64,000 nucleotides of DNA, taken from assembly GCA_023213395.1 (NCBI GenBank), contig CM041465.1, forward strand, positions 145,645,741 through 145,709,740. Direction: 5' to 3'. The notes beneath the pieces are model-generated. The model was not told the DNA's origin, ran no database searches, and saw only the letters and a list, made by a program, of their open reading frames with translations. This document shows, in pieces, positions 48,833 to 62,790 of the stretch. Positions within the stretch are counted from its first letter, which is position 1, and each line of letters starts with the position of its first letter. This stretch comes from Cycas panzhihuaensis (taxonomy: Eukaryota > Plantae > Cycadophyta). A program made the position numbers and the translations under genes.

Positions 48833-51800
48833 TGTTGGAATAATTGCCCCAATATGGGCATTATTCAAACATTTCTCATTCATAAAGCCCATTTAGGGAG
48901 ACTCTAAGTTTATCTCTAAATTTGATAAACTGTATTTTTCCAAGTACCTTTGTGAAGATGTATGCCACCTGAACCTCAGTACTACAATAGACTAACTCCA
49001 ATTCACCTCATTGTACTAACTCTCTGATGAAGTGATACTGTGTTTTAATATATCTTATCCTACTATAAAACACTAGATTCTCTCTCATCTAAATTATGCT
49101 TTAATTATTATAAAACAACTATGTGGGACCAATATATTATTCCTATAAATCTTGAAGTAATCTCTTAAGCCAAACAGTCTCGTAAGCTCCTACCGTAACT
49201 ACTTTATGCTCTACTTCTATAGTAGAGAGAGATATTACTGCATGTTTCTTTGAAATCTATGCTACTGCTGCTAAACCTAAATTGAATGCATAACTTGAAG
49301 CAGATTTTCTATCATCTACACAACCTGCCCAATATGAGTCTGTATAATTAATGAACTTGTAATACCCTGATGACCTATAATGCAAACCATACCCAATAGT
49401 ACCTCTAAGATACCTAAGAATCCTCTTGGTTGTCTGCCAATCTTTACCTTAGGCTCGTGCATAAATGTGGGAACCATACTAACTACATACATAATGTCTA
49501 TTCAAGTCGAAGTCAAGTAAATAAGGTTCCTAATCAACTACCTATAAAGTGTAGGATCAATCGATTCAAACTCCTCAAACTTAAATACTTTAAACCTAAC
49601 TTTTGTTGGTATTGTAAGTGATTTGCAACTATCCATGTTAAATTTATTCAACATATCTAATGTGTATTTCCTTTATGATACAAATATTTCCTTTTCATCT
49701 TGCTATACTTCAATGCCTATGAAATAATACATAAGTCCCAAGTATGTCATTTCAAACTCTTTACACATTTCTTCATTGAACTTTTGGGACAAGTAATCAC
49801 AATTTCTAGTATATACTAAGTCATCTACATATAAGACCATAATTAATATTAAGCTTTCTTCTAATTATATATATATATTGGGGTTTGATTGGCTCCTTAA
49901 GAATCCTTTATCCTTAAAATATTTATCAGTCATAGAGTACCATTATTTAGGTGCCTATTTAAGTCCATACAAGGCCTTTTTGAGCTTATAGACCTTATCT
50001 TCCTTTTTCTTCACTTTAAAACCCTTAGTTTGTTGGACATATATATTCTCATCTATATTATCATTCAAGAAGGCACTTTTCACATATATTTGATGGATTG
50101 TCCAACCTTGTTGTGCAATGAAGGCCATGATTAATCTAACTATTTTTAACCTTACAACATGTGTAAATGTTTCATTATAATCTATGCTTTTAATTTGAGC
50201 ATAACCCTTGTAACTAATCATGCCTTATATTTATCAATGTATCCATCTAATTTATACTTGATCTTGTAAACCCATTTTTTCCCAATGGTATTCTTTCTAG
50301 GTGGTAAATCAACTAACTCCTATGTATCATTCTTTAGTAACGTATTATATTCTTCCTTCGTTACATTTTTCCATTCATCTTGCCCATTTGTCTCTTTAAA
50401 GTTTTGAGGCTCATTTGACTCCATGACTTGAGTTATAAATGCAAAATTTACCATTTGAGATCTTGTTGTTATTCTCTTAGAGTTAGTGTCTAAGATGTTT
50501 TAAAGGTTATGAGTTCTTTATACCTATTTTGGAACCTTATGAATTGAAGTAGATGGTCCTGCTTCATTTGTACTAGGTATATTTATAGGACTTGAGTTAA
50601 AGTCCACTTTAATCATAATGTTTTTGTCTCTATCCTTTTCAATTACTTCCTCATGATAAAATTCATCTTCCTTGAAGATGACATCCCTATTTATGATAAT
50701 TCTTTTATTTGTTGGGTCATATAATTTATAAGATCTTGATGAGTCACTATATCTTATAAATATATACTTGATGCTTTTGTTATTTAATTTTGTCCTTATT
50801 TATTTTGGAACATATATATAAGCTATGCACCCAAAAACTCTAAAGTATTTGATACTTAGTTTGTAACCTATCCAAGATTATTCAAGTGTAACATATATCA
50901 CCACTTTAATTATGCATTTATTCAATAAATGAATAGCTAGATGTACAACTTCTACCCAATATTCATTACTAAGATGATTATCCTTAAGATGCTCCTAGCC
51001 ATGTTAACAATGGTCCTATTCTTTTTTTTTTTTATAACCCTATTTTCTTAAGGGGTATAAGGATTTGCAAGCTACTTTTTATCCTAAAATATCTGTAATA
51101 ATCCTTGAATTCATTTAAAATGAATTCTCCCTTGTTATTTGATTTAAGGATTAATATCTTATGTCCACTATGTCTTTTAATCATGACTTTAAAGTCAATA
51201 AAACATTAGAGTACATCTGAATTGTATTTGAGAAAATAAACCAAGTCATTTTTATAAAGTCATTAATGAAAGTTATAAAATACTTAGCTCTACCAAGTGA
51301 AAGCACATCTATTAGTTTGCATAGATCCATGTATATTAATTGAAGAGGCCCATTTGTTATACAATTGTTATTAAATAATTATTTTCTTTATTGTTTGCCT
51401 AGTGTACACCCTTCACATACTTCTTTACCATGTTTAATGTTAGGTAGACCTATTACCATTTCTATCTTTTTCACTCATACCAAGTTGTTATAATTCACAC
51501 GGTCAAGTCTTTTATATGAAGTCTTACTATCCATATTAATTAATACCTTCAAGGCATAATAATCAACGAGGGGAATGATTAGTTTAAATAATCTATTACT
51601 AATCATTTAACCCTTAGCAATTATTGCCTTAATCCTTAGCTTGTCCTTAATGGTGCACTTACTATTGTCAAAAATAGCCTTATACTTTTACTCCATTATT
51701 TGTCCCACTAATAATAAGTTTTTCTTAAGTGCAAGGACATGGAGTACATCATTAATATATCTTATTTCTCCAAAGTCTAATTAAATGGCTATATTTCCTT

Positions 51801-54800
51801 TGCCACTTACAACTTGAGTAGTATTATCTCCAAACATGATTTTGCTCTCTTTGGTGTTGTCCAACTCCTTGAACCATTCTTCTCCATGTGTTATATAAGT
51901 AGAACATCCTAAGTCAATATGCCAACTATCTTCCTCTTTATTTGATATCAAACTCAATAGGAAGATTCTCTCATTTTTCCTTTGATTTTCAACTATTATA
52001 TTAGTACTCCTCTTTGTATGCTAGAGCTTTCTATAAAGTAATTTATTTTTAAGTGTTTACTTCTATGACAATAAGAATATTGTATTCTTCCTTTACCTTT
52101 GGGACTCCTTCCTCTTTGTCCTTGATTCCTTCTTCTTGGGCTTTGTTCTCTACCTCTTCCTTGAAGACCAAAACTTTATCCTTAGCCTTGATTAAGTTAG
52201 CCCTAAAAGTAATGTCTCTATCCTTAATCTTGTTCTTGATAAAATTAATTTTGATCTTAATGAAGTTGACCTTAACCTTGATGATATTGTCCCTATCCTC
52301 AATAAGCTTGACCTTATCTTTGATGAAATTGCATTTGGTTTCTAAGATTTTGACCTCTTCCTCTAGGAGATTAACCTCTACCCCTAGAACTTTAGCGTTT
52401 AAAGGTTGGCCCAATCTTTGCCTTAGTGGTAAAAGCATATTCTAATGATTCATTGCCTCCATTTCCTCTTCAACAGCAACTAACATTGTATTAAGTTGAT
52501 CAATCTTAAGTGTAGTTGGATTCTTGGAGGCCTTAATACTTGTTATAACTAATTCAAACCTTTTAATATCGCTAGCACACTTAAGATCTTCTTTAGCACC
52601 ATTTATTCACTTATAACTTCTCTTAAGGCCTTCATTTGATTAATTAGGCCTTGTACCTTAATTATAAAATCATTTTCCTCTTCATTTTTACTCATCTTAC
52701 AAGTTTTAAATTTACTCCTTAGTGTTTAAAGTTTTGATGCAATAGCTCCTTCATAGGTGGTTTTCAAAGTATTCCATGTCTCCTCTGATATAGTTGTCTC
52801 ACTAACCCTTAGAAAGATGTGGTCCTCCAATTCACAAAATATGAATACCAAGGCTTCATTATCTCATTTTTTATTCTCCTTATAGGTCTTATTTTAATCT
52901 TTAGTAGCATTAGGATCATATGCCTTATAACCTAGTTGAATACACTAATAAACGACGATTGGTGAACAACTACGTTGAAGGCAAACGACAAACGACTATT
53001 AGGGTTTACAGTGGAGACAGAGGCAGCATCTTGGTCTGTGAGGATGCATAGAGGGATTAAGTTGACCCCACATGGATGTGGGGGGAGGATAGAACCTCCT
53101 AGATGAATCATCATGGAAGATGGGCCTTCTCTTATGGACCTACAGGTGAAGCAAGTGGCTATCTCAAGTAGAGGTAACCATCTTCGATCAAAAGGGGACA
53201 ATTATGGCATTTATCAAAGATTGAACCATAGAGTACCCTAGATTAGGATGTTGAGAGAGAAGATGCAAAATAGGAGTACAAAATCCAAGGCCATGGTAAG
53301 AGGAGAGAAGAAACCTAGCTGCTCTTTTTGGGTGAGATTTCTTTTACTGGTTGAGGATTTGATTATATGATGAGTCTATATGTTAGAGTTTAGCACATAT
53401 ATGTAATGGACCCTAAAGGATATAACCAGTCCTCAAATTCTCTAGGGGGATCCTACTCGGAGGTGCTCAAAACTGAAGAGGATGTTGAATGCAAGATAAC
53501 CCCATTCCTTCAAGATGACAAAATTAGGATCCCAATCCCTAAAAAGCCGGTTGAGAAAATAAAAAGGCATTGGGTGAACTACCTCATTGGTAGATTTTCA
53601 AGTCCCAGACTAGGTTTGGACATAATAAGAAGTTGGACAAGGAACATGTGGAGGTTAGGTAACTCGATGGAAGTCATGGCCTTCCCGAAGGGCTGTGTTG
53701 TTTAAATTTGCAACCTAGGAAGACATGGCAATTACTCTTTTGAAAGCTTCCTAGATGTTATGGAGGAAGGCTTTACTATTGGAAAAATAACACCCTGAGT
53801 TCGATCCTGCGGTGCTTACAATTAAGAAATCCTTAGGTTGGATCTAGTTACCTCTCTAATTTTGGAACATGGAGGTTATCAAAGGGGTGGCAAGGGCTAT
53901 TATTCCTTTCTTAGTTGTAGACTCTACAACTAGAAATAGGAGTAGATTGATAAATTCAAGGTTCTGTGCTCAGGCTAGGATAAACAAGCCTTTACCAGAT
54001 AGTGTGTGGATTGACATGGAAGACTAGAGTAAGGAGCAACCTTTAGCATATGAGTTAGATAATTTTAGATGCTCGTCATGTAAAAAGTTGGGTCACTTGC
54101 CCTAAAAATGTCTTGGGGCAAGGAAGATGGAAAGGGTGAGGCATGAGGAAAACCCTATTTTGGAGGATAACTTGTTTAAGAAGGAGGAAGTTCAAGAGAT
54201 GAGGAGGCCAATGAGCCCCTATCTAGATGATGAGGGTGCTAAGATGAGCTTTAATCCTGAGTTGGAGGACACCCTTTTAGAGGAGGGTAAGCAGGCCCAA
54301 GGTTTTAAAAAGAGGGCTAAGGAGGATATCCCACCTCAAGAGGAGAAGGCAATGGAGGAGTCAGATCTTAGGGGGAGACAAGGGGGATCAAAGGGGCTAG
54401 AAAGGGAGGGGATAATTAAAGGTATTGCCTCTAAGGAGGAGCAGACAGAGGTGGGTCAGAAAAAAGGCCCAGATGTTAGATCTAAAAGAAGAGTAGGGAG
54501 ACCCCCTCTAAAGATCCTAAGAGAAAGGGAAGTAGCCTTCCAAATCAATTAGGGCAACTAGAAGACGTTAAAGGATGGTTTCTTGGAAGGACCAAGACTA
54601 AGACCTAGAGCAAAGACTCATGAAGGCCTTAAAGAGGAGGGAGGGGAGATCTGGAAACCAAGGAGAAATAGATAAAGCTAGTCTCTTAGAATATAAGGGG
54701 TATGAATGCCCCCTCAAAACAAAGGATCTTGAAGGACATCAGGATGAGAGGGTAACCAGATATCATTCTCTTGTAAGAAATAAAGTTGGATATGGAAAAT

Positions 54801-57800
54801 AGTTATCGTATTAAAGAGAAGATCTAGCAGAAAGTCAGGATATTACCATTGGATAGTAACTAAGGGCTAGGGGGACAGATGGTGTTGTGGAACCTGAAAG
54901 ATTGGAGGGGGGACTTCTTTAAGGCGGGGGATGGATACATCTATGTGTGGCTCATATATAGAAGGTCAAACATAAAATTCTTGGCCACGAATATATATGC
55001 TCCAAACTAGCAAGAGGAAAGAAGAGTTTTTTGGTAAAAGATGTTAGAGGACCATAAGGAGTGTGTTACTCCCTAGTTGGTGGTTAGTGACCTTAATTCA
55101 CCCCTTACCCTAAGGGAGAAAAGCGGGGAGCAGGAGGTGTGGTTGAGAAGCATACATGATCTTGCTGACTTCATCTAAAACAGAGGGCTATTGGATGTCC
55201 CCCTCAAAGAAGCTAACTTCACCTAGTCGAATAGAAGGATTGGGAGACGGCACATCCATGTGAGGCTTGATAGAGTATTGATCAACTATGAGTGGGCTAG
55301 ATGCTTTAATGATATAAATTTAGAAATGCTCCCAAAAGCCATATCTGATCATACTCCTCTTCAACTTATCTTTCCTGATATGGAGAAACATAAGGGATCT
55401 ACATTCAGATCTGAAATGATGTAGGTTAAACATCTAAACTTCAAAGACAAGATTGAAGAATTATGGAAGAATCATATCTAGCGACATGTAATATACAGGT
55501 TTTTGAAGAAGTTGGACTGGGTCAAGAGGCAAGTGAAAAGATGGAACAAGGAGATGTATGGGAACATTTTTGCATGAAAGGAGTATATCATTAGGAATTT
55601 GGAGATAACCGAAAGGAGGATCCAGGAGGAAGGGAGCTTTGAGGAGATGAATGAAGTAGAAAAGGTCTTAGTGGAGAACCTAGAGGAATCCTTAATTAAG
55701 GAGGAGATTCACTAGAAATAGAAATCAAGGGATTTTTGGATAGCTAAGGAAGACAAAAACACCAAATTTCTTTACATGATAGTTGTGAAAAATAAAGTTA
55801 GTAACAGGATTGACAGCCTCCTCAATAAAGATGGATCAGAAGTCAAGGGAGAGGAGCACATGATGGCCTCTGTTATGGATTATTTTAAAGATCTTTTTAA
55901 TGAACTAGGATGTCAAGATGACGAGGAAAGAAAGGTCTTCCTAAGGACCATTCCTAAATTGGTTAATGAAGCCTAGAATAACATGCTTAAAGCCCCATTC
56001 ACCAAGGAGGAGATTAAGAAAGTAGTTATGGGGATGAAGAGGGAGAAGGATTTAAGCCTAAATGGTTTCCCCCCTAGATTCTATCAGAAATTTTGGGATA
56101 TTATTCAAGAGGATTTAAAGGGAGCCTTGGACGAATTCCATAGGCATCGCAAGTTCCTGAGTGAATGGCAAGCCACGTTTATCATTTTAATTCTAAAGAA
56201 AGAGGGTGTGAAAAGGATGGTGGACTTCTACCCCATTAGTTTATGTAATATAAAATACAAAATTCTCTCCAAAATTTTGGCAAATAGACTAAAGAAAATC
56301 CTCCCCAGAATTATATCCCCAAACTATGATGGCTTTGTCTAGGGAAGGCAGATTATGGACGATATAATTGTTGTCCATGAGACACTCCACTTAGCCCAAA
56401 CAAGGAGGAAGCCCAATATGATTATAAAAATTGATCTCCCAAAAGCATATGATAGAGTTTCATGGGAGTGCCCATTGGAATATATAGAAGCCTTTGTGTT
56501 CATAGAGGTTTAGAGGGAGTGGGTGCTCTTATCCATATCCAAACCCCAATACTCTGTGAATATCAATGGCTTATCATCGAGCTTCTTTTCGAGCCTCAGA
56601 GGTTTAAGACAAGGAGACCCATTATATCCTTATTTATTCATAATTATGGCTAAACTATTGGGTAGGGCTATGAAGGAGGCTAGAAGATTTAGTATAATTA
56701 ACGGTGTGAAGCCTACCTCTGAAATCGACAGTGTAGTGCACCATCAATTTGTTGACAATAATATCTTTTTAGGGAAAGTATCTTTAAAGGAAGCTTGTAG
56801 CTTTAAAGAGGGCTTGGAAAGGTTTAAAAGGGCTACAAATCAAAAGATAAACCTCAGTAAAAGTAGTGTTTTCTTTATAAACACAACGGAGCATACTTAG
56901 AGGAGGATCAATAGTATTTTAGAGATGATGGGGTAAAAGCTTCCCATATCATATTTAGGGATGCCTTTATTCATAGGAAATATGACTAAGGAGATGTGGA
57001 ACCTAGTTATAGATAAGATCTATAGAAAGTTTGCTCGTTAGAAGGAAGCCACCTTAAGTCAAGTTGGGAAGGTTTTGTTGGTTGCAACCTCTCTCTAGAG
57101 CATTCCAGTATGCCTAATGACCTTGTTCAGATTACCGAGTTGGGTGCTTATGGTACTGGAATCTATCGATAAGAGATTCCTCTAGTTCGAGGTAGAGGAG
57201 AAGGACAAAATTCATTTAGAGGGCTGGGAAAAGGTTTGCCTACCAAAATGGGTAGAAGGATTAAATCTTAGAAAACTTTCACTTTTTAACAATACCTTGG
57301 CTGCTAAGATAGGCTGGCAACTTGCCAAAAGGGAAGGTGACTTATGGGAAAGGATATTAACTCAAAAGTATCTCCAAGGAGGGAATTTTTTAGATGTAAA
57401 CCTAGTGCCCTACCATAGATCCCTAATCTGGAGGAGTATCCTGAAATCTATAGAGATATTAAAGAAAGGGTCGTAATAGAGGCTGGGCGATGGTAAATCT
57501 AAAAGCTTCTAGGAGGATGTCTGGTGTAGCGATTCAAGGCTAAATATTAGACCTGAGTTAGCCCCTCTACAAATCCTATGCAAGAGTCATTATAGGAAAA
57601 AGGTGAAAGACTACTAGGTTGGAAGGGGTAGAAATAGAAGATGGAGACATTTAAGGATCTTGGGGGGAAGTGTGCCTCCTAGGAGAGGATTATGGCTCTA
57701 AGAGAGGAAATTGAAAGATGTTATATCCCAAAGAAGGAGGAAGCAGATTTTAGGTTATGGTTCACATCCCATTCGGGAGATTATTCTGTGAAACAGGGAT

Positions 57801-59600
57801 ATCACTACTTATGCCTTAAAAGGGGGCTTAGAGGAACTCGCTCCTAGAAGGGGTTTGGAAACTTGATTTGTTCCTAAAGATCACTGTGTTTTGGTGGGTT
57901 TGCTTGAAAAATAAAATCCTCACAGTAATAACCTCGAGAAGAGGGGGTTTATGATGCCAAATAGGTGTGCTTTATGCTACACTAAGGAGGAAATAATTGA
58001 TCATGTTCTTCTTTACTATGACTTCGCTAGGAAAGTGTGGAGGTTAATAATAGGCATGTTTAATATCCAATGGGTGAACTCTAGGACTCTTGTGGAGCAA
58101 TAACTATCTTACGTGACCCTCTTTAAGAGTAGATCTCTATCTAACATTTGGCAGATCTCCCTCCCTCTATTGATGTGGAATATATAGAAGAAAAGGAATA
58201 GAAGGGGCTTTTAAGACAAATAACTCAACGAATACGAGATTTACAACATCATTCAATCGGAAGTATAGGAGATAGGTAAACCCAAAGATGAAAAATACAT
58301 GATGTCACAGGAGAGTTACATATTAAAAAAATAGGGAATTACTCCTAAGATCCATAAGGAGTCCAGAAGGGCTTGTTCCTAGGTTCCTCCTAAAGAATCA
58401 TGGGTAAAAATCAATTTCTACGGAGCCTTGAAAGGTAACCCTAGAGAAGTCGAGGGAGGGGATATCTATAGAGATACTAAAGGGGGTGTAAAGTAGACCC
58501 TTTTTTATTACTATGGACAATAAACTAACCATGGGGCTAAGATGACAACTATGATGAAAGTTGTGAATTTGGCTATTGATCAGGGCGATGAAAAGATAGC
58601 CATAGAAGGGGATTCACTAAATGTGATTAATATCCTCAAAGGTTCAATGGATTCAAAGTGGAGAATAACAACCTTAATTAGGGACATGCACGAAATCCTA
58701 AAAGGAGTTGAGGTTGTTCAATTTAGACATACATATAGAGAGGGGAATAAGGCAACAAACAAGCTAGCGAATTGGGGAGTCATTTACATAAGGTCTATGG
58801 AGTAGGGAGAGGAGGACATTTTAAGACTGGTTGAGGACGAAAGGGTCCATGAGAGGTAGTAGAGTTATCCATCATGCTCAGGTGGGGTGTGCATATTTCT
58901 GCAAGGATTAGGGTTTAACTAGGTCATGGGCTTGTCATGATCATATGTTTTTGCCCAAGGGGCGACTAATGTAATAGGTTTTTAGGGTCTTATTAAAACC
59001 CATATTAATTCTTTTACCTGATTAAAAAAAGGTGCCTTATAACCTATTTCAATCAACTCCCACATATCTTTTGACACAAAGATAGGTTTCATCCTATGAC
59101 TTATCATCAAATTTAAGTACCACTATATTGCTTATGTTGGAGGCTCTCATAAAACAATTACCTTAAAAATAAAGATAAAGTGCTTAAATGGAATATTGAA
59201 ATGTACTTAAATAAGGTAATAAAAAGGCACTAAAAAAACATAAGACAAACTATCCCTCTTCAACTCTAGGACATGCACAAGTATCCCAATTAGAACTCAA
59301 CCTCCTCCAAAGCAAAAATCTTATATTAATTATGATTACAAAGTGAAGTTTTTCTAAGTTTATTTATGTGTCGACTCGTAGGATGCCCATAAACTAACAT
59401 CAACTCTAAACATAAAAATATTACATCAAATTACCTCAAAAGTACTTAAAAAAGACCATTTACTCAATAGAGGATCAAACATGAATCCAACACTTTAAAC
59501 AACATTTGATTTTTACACTTTATGATTAATTTATGATTTTGATAATATAAAGAGGTTAAAAATGATAAAGAGCGCTTCAGCACATGAACTACAAAGAAAA
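48833..59600 (-). mobile_element. Old Ty1/Copia element H, gag interrupted by a LINE
   Basis: RH near 48900-49350; RT YVKSAFLN/LKKALYGLK (49955-50221); IN 50650-51350; PR WHIDLGCS near 51910; gag to 52934, resuming at 59033 (MKPIFVSKDMWELIEIGYKAP). Right boundary uncertain. Confidence 0.85.
52935..59030 (+). mobile_element. Full-length degenerate L1-clade LINE (ORF1 plus ORF2 EN-RT-zf-RNase H), 14-bp TSD
   Basis: TSD TGCCTTATAACCTA at 52921-52934 and 59033-59046; A-tail at 59023-59030. ORF1 LIGRF and knuckle CSSCKKLGHLP*KC; EN RLDRVL/SDHTP; RT PISLCNIKYKILSKILANRLK, GLRQGDPL, QFVDN; RNase H IEGDS...HTYREGNKATNKLAN. Confidence 0.95.
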
Positions 59601-60199
59601 TTTTTATCAACTTTCAATCATTAAATGTCAAGTACAAACGTAGCATAGTCATATAACCACTCATTTCGTTTTGATGGAAATGAAGAATACTTTAGAGCTA
59701 GTAGATCTAAAAATGGGCCCCAAAAGTGATCATTATACTTAGTGAAGGAGAAATAGGTACTCAATCTAAAACAACCTCATCGAAAAAATAGCTTAGCCCC
59801 TTTAAAAAAGCTGCCTCCTAGTCATTTGATTGCTAAATGTGACCTGTAGGCTGAAGAACAAAAGGGGGCTACAAAGTTGTGGAACTCAGTAGCCTATGAA
59901 ATATAATTAAAATTTCTTTTAAAAAGGCACATAAACTTTTGGTTAGTAAGTGCTTATTAAGCCTAAAGCTTAGTTTATATTTGTCATGTCAAACTATATA
60001 CTTGCTATTGTTAGGCATGGACCACATAAAGCAATGAGAGAAATTATATGCATCCACGAACAATGCTTGTGTAGTATAGCATAATTAAAAGCAATGGGCG
60101 TAAAAAATATATTGACCAATAACATCCATATGAAGTCCTAAGATGAGAATGAAATGCCAATATTTTGGCCCAAAACAATTACAAAATCACATACAAAAC

Positions 60200-62790
60200 A
60201 TTCACTACGTAGATGTAATATAATGACCATTGACCCAAATCATAGAACTAGGCATATTAATGTAAATAATTATGTATACATAATTAGAGACAAATGTAAG
60301 TTTTAAAAGGGAAATTATCTAAATTCAATGGAGGAGATAAATCAATGTGTAGGCTTTGTAAATGGTTGAGCTAATAGACAAGTAAACAAAACATAATGTA
60401 GACAAAATATGAGATGTAAATTAAATTGTATCGGTTTGCATTAAGGTAATACTTATGTATAGTACGTTGGTTGGGCATATGAAGCACGAATGGATATTGA
60501 GAAACACTCATACAATGTCACAAACCTCCTTAAGACTAATTAATTGAATTATTAAGTGATTGGGCACATTTGAATAGTTATATACTTTATAAAGAGGGTT
60601 ATTCTGCATATCTAAATATTCTCTTTGATGTAACATTCATCATTACTTATTCTTTATAATTAATCATTTGGTCTATTTGACTATCAATATTCCTACGCAT
60701 ACTTGTGAATTCAATAAATTTAGTCTTTCTCCTCCAATTACAGAGTAGGCCCATAACAAGTGGTATCAGAGCGTAGTGATCCTCAACATTGCAAAAAAGT
60801 GATTGTATTCCTCTATCACTCTGTTCACAACTATTGCCATTATTATGTAGCAATTATCTTTCATTTGTCATTATTTATTTCTCTATATTAACTCCATATA
60901 TCTCTAAATCGAGCCACTCATGACTAGCATATAACAACATATATCTCTATTTCTTCATCATAGTCCTATCTCCATTTCTTCTCTATTATGCTTACTAGAG
61001 AGCCAACTGCTTATCATCCCCAGCAAAGATATAGAGCCAATTGTTAATTACTTTTACGTGAAAATATTTATATAGACTATTAACATACTCACCCATTTTT
61101 CTCATTTTTGCATAATATATTTACGCCATCATAACATATACCTAGCAATAAAATTATTTCTTTTACGTTTACCAATTTATAGGTCTAGCGGCTACCTAAG
61201 GTGATAACAGATTACCTGTAAGCAACACATTAATCAAAGAAACCATAACGCATAACCCCCATCTTAGTATTAATTACAGTAGTGTCCATTAGCCATCAGT
61301 TCTATCGTACCTTCATTTGTCGCCCTTTCCATTTCCCTACGTTCCCGTCTTCTCTGCGTCATTCTTGTTCTAAGATTCTCAGTTGTGTGCATTCATCTTG
61401 ATCTTTCCTACTATTTCATCTTTCCTCCCATCAATCATTCTTTTCCTTGTATTGGATCAACCATTCATTTTATTATACCTTCATCCATCACCCTTTCTGT
61501 TTTCCTTGCGTTCCTATCTTCCCTACCTCATTCTTATTCTTTGTGTACATTACTAATAATATATTAATATATTAGATATATATAAGCTACCAAGAATATA
61601 ACATTTACCCTTTGGTCTGCCAAGTTGGATACATATCTAATCTAAAACGTCTTTCACATGTATGAGTCAGATCATAGTTTATATGTGGATGATATGTTAA
61701 TCATAGGAGATGATGAAGATTCTATTACACTCATCAAGAAGAAATTTGAAAAGGTGTTTGAAATGATAGACCTTGGTATTTTTCACTATTACTTGGAAAT
61801 AGAAATAGGACAGAACAATGATTTTATTGTCCTATCTCAATCTAAATATATCAAGAACCTGTTGAATAAGTTCAATATGGAAAGCTGCAATAGTTTTGTA
61901 ACTCCAATGGAAATTGGATGTGTATTAAACATTAAATAAGAGGTACAACCAATTGATATGACATTGCACAGATAATTAATTGGAAGTCTAATTTATCTTA
62001 TAGCTATATAACCAGATATTTCTTATACAGTCACTGTAGTTTCTAGATTTATGGAGAATCCCAAAATACCTCATTGGAATGCTGTAAAAAGAATTGTTCA
62101 ATATCTAAAAGGAAGTATAAATCTGGGATTGAAATATACATAAAATAATTATATGCATCTAATACGTTTTTGTTATTCTTACTAAGTTGGAGTTAAAACA
62201 GACAGAAAATCAACATCAGGGTATTATTTCTTTTTAGGAACAACCTTGATCTCTTAGAGCAGCAAGAAGTAGCATACAGTGGCCCTGTCATCAATAGAAG
62301 TAGAATACAAGTTAGCAATTAATGCAACATGTGAAGGAGTTTGGATCAAATAACTTCTTAAGGACCTTGGACAAGAATATATGTAGCCTACTCAATTATT
62401 CTGTAACAATTAAAGCACAATCAAAATGATAAAGAATCCTTTACAACGTGTAAGAACCAAATATATAGAAGTATATCATCATTTTATCAGGGAAAAAGTT
62501 TAGAACAAAGAAGTAGAACTTCTATATTGTACATCAGAAAGCCAAACTATTAATACCCTTACCAAACCTCTTAGCAAAGAAAAATTTAATGGTTTTAGAA
62601 ACTAATTAGGATTAAAATAGATAAAACATTAATTGAGGGTGTTAATGGTAATGCTTTATCTAGGCTATTTAAGTCTTTTCTAAATTATCTTATGAGGATT
62701 ATGTATCATTGCCCCTTTCTATATAAGAGTGACAAGTCATATAATTCTATCAAGCAATTGCCATATGTCCCATACTCTCTGTAATATATT
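60200..62790 (+). mobile_element. Deleted or chimeric Copia I (LTR end, PBS, leader, RT-RNase H, PPT, LTR)
   Basis: ATAACA end at 60758, PBS TGGTATCAGAGC 60761-60772; LYVDDML at about 61680; RH to about 62620; PPT TTGAGGG then TGTTAATG at 62640. Outer boundaries approximate. Confidence 0.8.

Noticed and set aside
52049-52445. Overlapping 129/130-aa ORFs on both strands (K/I-rich and L/S-rich)
   Set aside because: Off-frame and antisense readings of a low-complexity G/Q/R-rich Copia gag linker whose true frame is broken by stops.
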